Source: Antedon mediterranea (taxonomy: Eukaryota; Animalia; Echinodermata). From it: a DNA stretch of 64,000 nucleotides. The stretch is from contig NC_092673.1 in NCBI RefSeq assembly GCF_964355755.1, positions 18,473,648-18,537,647 of the forward strand, written 5' to 3'. Shown here one piece after another: positions 50,901-62,100 of this stretch. Every line of letters starts with the position of its first letter. Position 1 is the first letter of the stretch. Made by a program: the position numbers and the translations under genes. The notes beneath the pieces were generated by a model. That model worked only from the letters and a program-made list of their open reading frames with translations, was not told the origin of the DNA and did no database searches.

Positions 50901-52962
50901 GTTAATTACATCATCAGAGCTCATTATTTCGTCAATCTTGCATGCAAAATACAAAGTTTGGGATCCACTGCTTTCTGAGATCAGCAAACATCTCATTGGT
51001 AGCTTCAAATCTGAAAAGAATCTATATCTTTTCTTTCTGTCTACTGGAGAGTAATCATTCAGAAATAGACAATCCCAACATTCCCTTTCCATCAACTCTT
51101 GAACTATATATTTATATTCTTCAATTTCTGTTTCTGTCTTTTCCATGATATTTATGGTTTCACTCTCTTTCACAACCATCATTGATTGGTTATCTTTCAC
51201 CTGGAGATTAAATTAGATGTGTTAACATACAAAAAGGGAAATGACATACAATTTATAACCTATTGGAAAGTTAATGGTTGTATAGATTGTTTGCATAAAA
51301 GTAGAGAAAAATAGTATATACAATTCTTGACTTAAATGAAGAAAGTGATTTCACTTGCCAAACTTGGAAGGTATCACAAAAATGTGACTTGTTCATTTTT
51401 AAAGCTGCAGGCCATATGAGAAGGCACCAAATGGCAATGGCCATGGTTTAACAAATGTCATCAGTATTGAAAAGTATACAGCATACAATCAATATACATG
51501 ACCATGAATATGCTAAAAACACTTACCTTCCTAGCTATATACTATAGGCAGTTAGTTGCTCATTAAAAATGAAAGAAAACTCACCCTTTTTGTCTGTGAC
51601 TTCATGTAGTCAGCATATTTCAACAAAGCTTCAGAAAGTGTGCCAATAGCGTCAGAAATATGTCTCCAACATTCCTTCTTTAGAAAGGGCATAGACATAA
51701 GATTATAGAGTGCTGACGTGTGTTGTCTTAAGGCATTCTCGGAAAGGAACGATTCATCTATTTTCCTTTTTTTTGCCTCCACATCTTTCTTAAAATTGAC
51801 AAAAGTTGAGAACATTTCCGGTATTTTGCAACCTCGTTGATTTAAAGAGTCATGATTTTTGTCAATGTGCCACAATGCCTCGGCTAAAGTATTGATGAAT
51901 GTCCACGCACTCGCCTGGTTTTCTTGCGACCATCCCAGGCCCTCCTTTTCTATCCAATCCATGATTGCATTTTTTAACTTTGATAAGCCTGGATATCTTC
52001 TTGTCATCAGCCTTTGTGGAACGCTAACGGCTCCTCTTTCATCCATCATCATAGTGAAGGCATTTTTGCTTTGTGGTTTATTAAGTTCCATCTCTTTGGC
52101 AGGTACTGTGAATTGGATAAAATTTCCTAACGTTTCCACGACATCTTGCACCAAAACGGGACTCTCGCGTGAACACATGACCTCCGTCATTTGTGTCTTC
52201 GATTTCCCAACCGAAACCAAAAAAAAAAATTGCTGTTGATCATCATCAATATTAAATTTATGAAAAAGATCGATCAAACTCAGGTTTTCAAGAACTTTCG
52301 TACCACACCAATCCTTTATTGGACTGTTCCTACCTGTTTGAACAATTTGCAATACGATAAACTTGTGTTTAGGAGGCCCACTCTTGGCTTCGTCCCCCAT
52401 CATGATGCAGAAACACAAAATGAATAAGTAATTAGATACGCGCGCTGCGCTGTCATTAAACCGCCCCCCCCCCCCACAGCAGCTAGCTCAGGCGCTAGCG
52501 CCACATGCGCGCCTAGGAGAGAAAAGATAAACAACAAACATTTTGAAATCGCTGGGAGCGTGCTTTATTCTGGTTCCCGGTCGTCGCGAGCGGGCTAATT
52601 TGTGCCACTGAGTTGTTCGCGTTTCGCAGTAGAATATTAAATAAACAAGAGAAGAGAAGTATATCATTTATTCAAAACATTTAATATCGCAAATACAATT
52701 TATTAATTGTTGGTACCGCTACCGTTGATATATTTGTTTGCACTTTAAAACACGATCGAATTGGCTGCAGCAGGGAATCAGGGTAAAAAACGTCTCATGG
52801 GACGAAACGTCTCATGAGACGAAACATCCCTCTGGGGCTGGGCCGGGCCGCCAAACTTTTCGTCGTATATATATGGTGAAAAAAAATTTAAAAAATAAGA
52901 GAGGCGGCTGGATAATCAGGAGCGGGCGGTGACGCTTAACAAGTATGTTTTTTTATTTGGCC
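47995..52962 (-). mobile_element. Zator-type DNA transposon, full length (~4.97 kb)
   Basis: TIR GGCCAAATAAAAAAA...TACTTGTTAAGCGTCAC at both ends, GG termini, 3-bp TSD TAA (47992-47994, 52963-52965); encodes a spliced DDE transposase. Confidence 0.85.
48391..52403 (-). CDS. Zator-type DDE transposase, 5 exons, one apparent 1-bp frameshift
   Basis: Exons 52403-51585, 51200-50762, 50631-49373, 49261-49010 and 48852-48391 with GT-AG introns; motifs SMDDKHTIKVGEPG, DHDF, YTDGGPDH, SWKNPVERIMS; Cys-rich C-terminus (CEEC, CIHC, CSGC); frame break at ~50580 (CGC TAG AAC for R-[VL]-E-Q). Confidence 0.85.
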
Positions 52963-54757
52963 TAATTGTGTTTTTTTTTTATTCATATATAATTCATAAT
53001 TCATAAAATTTATATATATTCAAAATCCGAATGTATTCATCGTTAAATATTAATTATTATAATGACCTTACTTCTGTTTTGGGTCATGGTTTTCCTCTTC
53101 GGCATTGCCGAATTATTGTTTACTCCATCTCCATTGCTACAACACACGTCGCGGAATAATATCGCTTAACTTAACGATGTAATTTGACCACCCAAAGCTC
53201 GCACGTGGCGTGACGAATTGAGAACGACGAACCCGATGATTCACCCGATGATATGCATGATTGGCCACCAGGGAGCCGAGTCGACCACGAGTTGGAACTG
53301 TAGGCAACCGAGCGACGCTCGGTCGTCGTCGGCGGCTGCACTTACTGACCTCTGTCATATTTTATAAAGGAAAACTGCAAACAACATCGTCGATTTGTGA
53401 AAATGGCCCCTTGTTTTTTCTAGGCCTACGTAGTAGTATACCTGTTTAGCGTACTTTATTTACTTGCGAAAAACGTTGTTTGAATTTTATCGGTAGCCTA
53501 GGCTATCTAATAAATATAGAAATAAATATGATCTTATGTTCTAGCTCCTACTACTTATTAATAATTAATACTACTAGACTAGACCTATCTAATGGCTGGT
53601 GCTAGCTAGAGGCCTAGCCCTAGGCCAGAGCCTACGTACGTATTTGTTGTAATGACAATTTAAATGTTTTATTTAGCTCTATTCTACTCATTACTGCTAT
53701 TATAATTTATAAAATGGCCTAGTTTGTTCGTATATGATTCGTATACGTCCCGTATACGATATTCTTATCATGAATAAACAACGTATACGTTACGTATGCT
53801 AAACGTATACGACACCAACTCTTTGTGGAGCAACAGAGTGGAAATAATGTAAACAGTGAAATCGTATACGATCCGTATACGTTTTCAGCGTATACGGATT
53901 GTATACGGCTTTTTTGCAAAGGGTAGGCCTACGGTGCATCACATGCCCTAAACGCAGAACAACTTTGGTGGGTAGGGTTAGGAACCAACTTAAGTATGAA
54001 TTGGCTCTAAGAAACAATTGAAAACCATTAGGCCTACTAATTAAGTTGAGTTAGATAATTTAATATTTATTGACGATTAAATCGAATTTATGATTTGCCA
54101 CGAATAGGGATGGTTTTCACAAATTGTTTTACATTATATAAACATATTATACACGTCGTAGTGATGTGTCGTAGTGATGTATCGTTACATGTACTGTACT
54201 ATTTCAATCGACTAGGACGGTGATAGTTTCAACAAAGTATTACATCGCAATGTTTTACTGTGCTTAGTGGTATATTATTTGTAAAACATGAAAACAATTA
54301 ATATTTCGTTACTACATGGATAAAGAATATATTTAAAAATTGTTCCTCTTTGCACCCATCCTCTTTCCCATCCCTCAACCCTAATGTTACATACAAAACA
54401 AATTTGACTTAAACAATTGGTCTCATTTTGTGACAAGTTTCTCTTTCGGAAGTAATTCCCAGGGTGCTAATTTTAGTTCAGTACATAAATCACAGTGTCT
54501 ATTTATTCGTTCCCGTAAACGACATGTATTATTGTCCTGTGGTACGTACATTTGAAATCGCCAGTTTTTTAACGCTGAAATTATTATGTATTCGAGAACT
54601 ATCTGTGGGCACGATCTAGATGGTACGCGAGCGAAGCGAGCGTACCATCTAGTTATTACAATGAACCTTTGGATAATAATTAGGAACACATTGTACGTGG
54701 GCGCCTATGTTCGTTCGTGCGTCAAAATTCAATGAACATGCCCGATATGCGAGGATA

Positions 54758-55427
54758 TTTTACCTCCGCCAAGGAGGTATATGTAATCGGTAGCGTGTGT
54801 TTGTTTGTTTGTTTGTTAGCAGGATTACTTAAAAAGTAATTACAAGATCTTTACCAAAATGACTAGACAGATAGATGTGGTCAAGGACCATTCCATTAAA
54901 ATTTGGGACCACAGTCCCAATTCTGGACCACTTTTTAGTATACTTTTTTAGACCTGCTAGTGTTAAAAGATAGGACAGAATTTTTCAAAAGCCGGCCAGC
55001 AGTCTTAAAGTAACAAGTAAACTGAAATTGCATTTTCTCGAGAGCTACTTGTCCAAAAAACTTCATTTTTTAACAAGAGGCAAGAGTTATAATTTGTGAT
55101 TTGTAATTTTAAAACATAATTTGATTTAATGTGCACTTTTTTTGATGCGAGTAGTTTAAAAAACCTATTTCTTTTCAACTTAACTCGTTTGATTTTCGCG
55201 TTGCTGTTCTATTGTTAGTCAACTGAAGCTATTGTTAATTGAAAGGCTTTTTACATAACCATTACACCAAACTCGCATACACATGCTTGTAATGAAATTA
55301 GCCTAAATCACAAAGAGCATTAAGACACACACAAATATATATATATATTTTTTTTAACCGGAGAAATCTTATGTAGGAGAATTTTACAGTAGGCGGAGGT
55401 ATGCCCTCTCGGAGTGGCTTTCTAGTT
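54758..55427 (+). mobile_element. Helentron-associated HINE-type element
   Basis: TTTTACCTCCGCCAAGGAGGT, then (GTTT)n, then GGCGGAGGT-hairpin-TTCTAGTT: typical sub-TIR, microsatellite and stem-loop layout. Confidence 0.8.
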
Positions 55428-56172
55428 ATTAGATGTAATAAGATTATTTGGTGGTTTGAATCGTGGAGGTAGAAAATAATGTTAACTCCATGGTTGAATC
55501 GCGCGTAGATTTCTTCAGTGTATGCATTAGGCATCTGAAACCAATTCGTAGCTGTTTCGATATCTACAACTGCTATATTTTTTTGCTGACCGGGGATTCT
55601 CCTTTTTGTGAAACGCGCACTTATTCTCAAATCAAAAACAATATGTATGATCATTTTTCCAATGGCCAAATGGTGGAAAATCTTCGATTTACTAAAATGC
55701 GGTACCTGCACATACTTGTTTTTGTAACACGCAGGTACTTCTAATCATATCGGCAATGAGATCATTTGAGTATTACGTATTTCTTCATTTTTTTTAAAGT
55801 GTGGATAGTCATAATCGTAATAATATTAAATAATATAGACAGCATTTTTTGCGTTCTATACTTTATTGAGGCCGAGTTGACCGATTAGTTTTTGGCCGAG
55901 TTGACGTGAGGCCGACTTGACGTGGGGGCCGACTTGACTTTGGCCGAGACGGTTTAGGGCCGACTTGACCTGCACCCTTTAAGAATGATTAAATAACTTA
56001 CCTAAAAGATAATGAAAATCATGAATATAATTTTTTATCAATGGTTATTTTCATAAATACACAGGTAGTGATGCATTATTACAATTAGGAATAAGCTTTC
56101 AACAGAAATGATTTACAAACAATTGGGCAAATTTATAGGACACAACCAGATCTTCTGAAAACTAACCGTACA

Positions 56173-59100
56173 ATGAGGTATTGAAAAAGATATACAGTAC
56201 AGTATTTTTATAATATTTATCGATTGACAAGAGCCATATAATGTATTTCCCCAGTCTTAACATATTAACTACCTATTTATCCATCCATTTATAAAAAATT
56301 ACACAAAATGTGGCCAACACAATTGTTTGTCTTTATGAATTGAAACAAATGGCATTGAAGATTGATGAAAAGGACATACTGTATTGTGTCTAATAAATTC
56401 CCCCTCCCTAATAAATGTCCCCTCTGAGATTTTTTTTCAATATTGTAATGAGTGCTCATGTATCCAGTTCATAGAAACCTTGCGCCCTTAAATTATTAAG
56501 GGCAAATATTAAATTTGATATGCTACGATAAATTACACCGACCATGAATTAAATTGTCAGACAGTTACACCTTGTGTATGTATGATGGTGGTAAAAACCA
56601 ATGTTCTGAAAATATTGCAGGGATAATGTCTATTGATATTACAGCAGTGATAAACGTGTGCATGGACCAGTGCGATAGAATATTGAATTATTGCTGTTGA
56701 AAAAAGGAGGCAGGCTAGAGATAACTTGCACATTACCTTTTTCCTCAACAAATAAAGAACTTATTACATGCTTTAAAGCAGTTTGTTAGTTATTGGGTGT
56801 TAAAATTTACCTCTTATAAATGACCCCCTTTTTGGAAAAATTAAACACAATACAGTACATTTCATTTTAAACATTGGTCAATGTTGTATTTAACTTTAAT
56901 CATTTCAGTTCACTAAAGGATCGTCTTGTAAGAAATGTCATTCGAAGGGCATTTCGTGGTAAGAAAAGAATGTTATTATCAGTTTTTGGAAAGATGCTTG
57001 CAAATGATGAATATCAACTTACAACAATATTTTGTAAGCCGGCAGATAGAAAGGTTAATTACTATTTGTTGTTAAACTGTATTTGAATAATGTAGTTTTT
57101 ATTTACTTACAGCTGTTTATAGATATAATAACTGTTCAATACAGTAGTTGCTTTTTTCCCAATTTCTTCAATAAAGGATATTTGTTACTGAGTTGATCTT
57201 GTATTTGATTGATAATCATGTTAGCTTAGAGCAAACACTGAATTAAATTGGCATAATGCTTCTCTTATTTTTATCAATTTTAAAATGGTGCAGTATGAAA
57301 AGGGCACGATCAAGTGGAAAAAATGCATTGTGAAAAACCCATTCAAACTTCAGACCAGAGTATTCACAGGCACTAAATTTAAAATTAATATTGAAGACAG
57401 AAAATAGTATATTTGCTAAAACTTTTAGCATCATGGTTCTAAAGTTTGCTTCTGTTACAGTTAAAAATTTGTAGTAATTGTGTACTGTACATAATTAAAT
57501 ATTAAACCAGGTCATTCCTTGTGTTAAATGTACGTTTTATGGTAAATTAGGATAAAAAAAAAAGAGAAACAATGCATTACAGTAGGCGGAGATTTGTACT
57601 CTCTGAGTACCCTCTTCCATTTGTTTTTGGCCCACGATCGATCGAAAAGTGGGTAAATTACAGAAGATAAAAAATATCAGTCCGCGCTCAATGCATGTTG
57701 GGATTTATAGCGGGCCACTTAAATTATTAGAATCAACTTATTATTTAACCATATAGTATTTATTTTTACATTAAATGTAGTTTGTGACCATAAATTAGAT
57801 CTAAAAAAATGTAGGGAATGGGACTTTAATTACACTGTCAAGATGTAAACATGACCAATAAATAACTATTATTTAAAATACGTTGTTTGTACAGTATTAC
57901 ATGTATATTTCAGAATATAGAACAAGATCATATACAAAATGGTGAGCAGATGTTAATACCACCTATAAAAATACTCTGTCTGTATAAGGACATGGAAATT
58001 ACTGTTGAAGTATTAGACCAGCAATGGAAAATCCAGGAAGGATCTAAAATATCACGGGTAAAAACATTTGTTGAATAAAAATGTATTACTGTACACACTA
58101 TTTAATATTAAATTATACAAATTATAGACATTATATAATGCTGTGGTAGGTTGAAATGGTGATGAATATAATTATATTAAAACTCCATTGCTATCCAAAG
58201 CATACTATAAACACAGTGTATATTATTTTATTTGACGATTTTGTATCACAATGCTGTGTATTATTTTTTTAATGTAAATGAATTAGCTTTTCGTAAACAT
58301 TTTGAGAATTTTGTTGAAGAATACTGCGCATTGTAGTAGGCTATGTGCCATCTATAACTACTCATCGAACAAAATCCAAGCGCCATCTTCGATATTTGGT
58401 TCAAGATAGAAATAGTGGATTAGTTGAATAAAAGAACTGTAGAACATTAGGTGTGTTATAAAACAAATAATGTTGTTGAGGATGCACACTTTTATTTGCA
58501 GTATAGCCATTTTTCTATTTCTCATTGAGACAAAAAACTCTTTGAGTTGAATGAAAGCATTACCAGTATAAACAAAAATTATTTGAAAAAATGTATTCAC
58601 CAAAGCAATCAATTTAACTACAGTGCCTTTCAGCTGTAACTTTTTATCTGAGTATGGCTTCTCTTTTTTTCCTAGATTGTCATTGCTGAATACCTATGGC
58701 GTGGAACATCATTAAAGAAATTTTTTTTAAAAAGAGGTAATTCATCAGCAAATGTCCTAAAGGCAACAGTATTACTGTCACAAATGTCAAATGATATTGA
58801 TCCTGTGGAAGTGTATTGTAAGTATTTAAAATGCAACAATAAGTCTAAATTTAGAATGATGATTGTAATAAATAAAATGTAGTATTTAAATACGGTAATA
58901 AGACATTAACCATCCATGACAATAACTAGCTAACCATTGTTAGAGTATGGGGTGGAAACAATGTAGGTGTTGGCTTGGTTTTTATCTAGCACTACAATAC
59001 ACTTTGGTTACGTTGCTAGTTCCTAAAACACCTTAATTCCTCCACATATCAAGCAGATGATTCTAATTATTTCGAATGTCGGTTGGATGTTTTTTTTCTC

Positions 59101-62100
59101 ATTCTCACAGATTTCCTCATTTAAATTTTTTTTTTGTATTATTTAATTTCCAGAATAATAATCAAGTTTTTCTATACATCTATATCTGGTTTCTTTTTTT
59201 ATTGAAATAATGGTTATATGTTTTATTTGTTATAGGCAATTTTGAGACATCAAGGTATCATCTAGGTATGCCATCCCTCCTCTTAATTTAAACGATTTGC
59301 CTGCTTATCTCCCAGCCCCTGGGCCACCACCTTTAATATATGCTGGTCAGGTCCTAAAAGCCCTTTGTAATCTTAAGCCTAACAAAGCTGGCCATCCAGA
59401 TGAACCTCCTATTAAACTATATAGAGATTTTGCTCCTGAACTTGCTGAACCTGTTGCGGATATCTTCAATCATGCATTGAAGGATGGTGTTTTTCCCGAC
59501 CTTTGAAAAAGGGCTACTGCAGTTCCCATTCCTAAAACTGTGAATGCTAGTTCTGTCTCTGACCTTAGACCTATTTCCCTTACCTATGTTCTTGCCAGGG
59601 TATTTGAATCTTTTATTGTTAAGTGGATTCTTGAAGATATTAAGGGTAAATTAGATTCTCGTCAATTTGGTAGTAGGAAAAAGGCTTCCTCAACTCAATG
59701 TTATTATTATAAAGTTGATTGAACTGGGTGTGAGGTCGTCCATAATTCCCATCGTCTGCAGCTTTCTCACTTCCCGTTCTCTCAACACCAAGTTTGCTGG
59801 GATTTTGTCATCTTCAAAGTCACTGACTTGTGGTGTCCCACAGGGGACATTGCTTGGCCCTGTACTTTTCCTAGTACTTATTAACGATGCTTGTGTTGAT
59901 TGCTGCAGACGATGGAAATATGTGGATGACCTCACCCTTGGGGAGGTCGTTCGCAAAGGTGATTTGCCTTCCATGCAATCCCTGTTAGATGATCTGAGTG
60001 TTTGGTGTTCATCCAATAATATGATACCCAAACCCTCCAAATGCCATATCTTGGTTGTCAATTTTCTTAAGGACAAGTCGGATGATATTATATCGCCTTC
60101 TTTTAGTCTGAGTGGTTCCATTTTACAAGTAGTTGATCACATGACGCTTCTTGGTGTAATCATTCAAAATGACCTGAAATGGGAACTTAACACTAATAAT
60201 ATTGTGTCTAGAGCTTCTAGACGTTTATTTTCCTTGTGCATTTTGAAGAAAGCAGAAATCTTAATTAATGATCTGTTGACTGTTTATATGGCGTATATAA
60301 GACCTATTTTAGAATATGCTGCCCCTGTTTGGCATGGCGCTATCACTAAGGACATGTCCAAGTCTATTGAAAAGGTACAAACGAGAGCATTGCGTATCAT
60401 GCTAGGTAACAACTATTTGTGCTATGATCATGCATTGTCTGTTACTGGTTTACCTACTCTTGTTGAGAGAAGAAACAAACTTGTGTTGTCTTTCGGGGAA
60501 GGCTTATTAAAATCCGAGCTGTTTAAAGAAATACTTCCCCCTCTTCATAAGCCAGCTCGGTCTCTCAGAGTCAACCGCTTTCTAGAAGTACCTCTTTGTA
60601 AAACCAGCAGACTTAGGTCGTCTCCAGTTCCCACCATGGTGGATATAATTAATAGGCACCACTAGCTTTTTTTTATAGATGTAATAAGTGAATGTTTTAA
60701 GGTTTTTTATTCATGTATGTTTTTAATTGTATGGTACGATATCTAATTTTATTAAGATGTTTCTATTTTTATAGCAATTTTAACTAATTTTTAGTCATTT
60801 GTAATACATTTCATTTCAGTCCTTGACTGTCGTTTTGTAATATATTTTTATATACCGAATAAATAAAAAAAAAATGTTGTAATGTTAATTATGGTAATGA
60901 TGTAGGTTAAGTACGTTTTCACTTGACCAGAGAAATGGCATGAGCCAATACGTCTGAGGCAGATACAGTAATAGATGAAGCGGCTGTCATAAGGGTCAGC
61001 CCCTGTGTTGATTTCAAATGCATGATGGAACCCCAGCTTCATATATACAGCTATGATATTCCTAGATGGTCTCCCATCCAAGCTCCAACCAGGTCCAACA
61101 TTGCTTAACTTCGGTGATCAGACAAGAAAACCAGTGTTTCAATGTGACAAGCCCATATTATATTATATGTAGTAAACAAACAAAAACAGACTACAATTTT
61201 TAGAATTTAATTAATACAATATAGGTTATATTCCGGCCAATGTGAAAAGTTTTATGGTAAGTTCCGGCAAAGTTGCAGGCATCTATAACTACACTTTGCC
61301 AGCATGCCTATAAGAAAAGGACTCTTAAACCATGATACTTTATAGCAAATATATTTACTGTAATTTTTAGCTAATTTGTTTCATCTCATGCCTGTACAGG
61401 TGTTCCTTCCAGTACAGGTGTTTCTTCTGGTATTGGTGTGTCTTCTGGTACAGGTGTGTCTTCAGGTGTAGGTGTGTCTTCAAGTGCAGGTGTGTCTTCT
61501 GGAGCAGGTATGTCTTCAGGTGCAGGTGTGTCTTCAGGTGCAGGTGTGTCTTCCAGGGGTGGCGCCAGGATCTTCCCGACGCGGGGGCTACATTCTCCGA
61601 CGAGGGGGCTATGCGAGCGAAGCGAGCATCACTAGGCTGGAGGCCAGGGGGCCGCCAAGGGCCCCCGGTGGGGGTGCAGGGGGCTAAGCCCCCGGAAGCA
61701 ACTCGTTCTAGCGTCATTTGAGGTCATTTTAATCAGATTTAGGGTAGCAATTTTTTCCATTTTTTATAATGCATAAATAAAATACTGCGTGCAAAAAAAC
61801 GATGCGCGATGACTGTTTCAATCCATATTTTTCAATTTAGAAAATAAAAGTTCAAAGAAAATTTAGAAAAATAGAGTTGGAGGTCCCGGAAATTGGACTT
61901 ATTATACTTCAAAACATGAAACAAAATATATAAGTCCCTATCATGGTTGTGACTGAGCTAAGAAATGTTTGAAAAATAGAGATGTTAGGTCCCGGAAAAT
62001 GCACTTCTTGTACTTCGAAATATGACCAGCTTTATTGTTGGGGCTGAGCTAAGAAAATCTTTAAAACTAGAGCTGCAAGTCTTCAAAAAATTGCATTTTA

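Larger units (their letters stand above)
46210..53923. mobile_element. Non-autonomous CACTA/EnSpm-like DNA transposon carrying a Zator insertion
   Basis: TA|CCCTTTGCAAAAAA.CCGTATAC ... GTATACGG.TTTTTTGCAAAGGG|TA; many CGTATACG subterminal repeats at both ends. Confidence 0.78.
45489..54652 (+). mobile_element. Non-autonomous Helitron copy B, interrupted by nested insertions
   Basis: A|TCTATATATAAAT at 45489; 3' CTAGATGGTACGC-loop-GCGTACCATCTAG|T at 54616-54652; 45489-45960 and 54140-54395 are reverse-complement matches to copy A. Confidence 0.82.
45165..55977. mobile_element. Non-autonomous DNA transposon with arrays of 16-17-bp subterminal repeats (outer shell of the nest)
   Basis: CAAGTCGGCCCTAAACCGTCTCGGCCAAAGTCAA... 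(45172-45310) is inverted at 55868-55970 (...TTGACTTTGGCCGAGACGGTTTAGGGCCGACTTG); terminal tips and TSD unclear. Confidence 0.65.

Noticed and set aside
61045-61155. Functional 5S rRNA gene
   Set aside because: Many substitutions, degenerate 5' end, no oligo-T terminator right after the 5S region, and not in a tandem array
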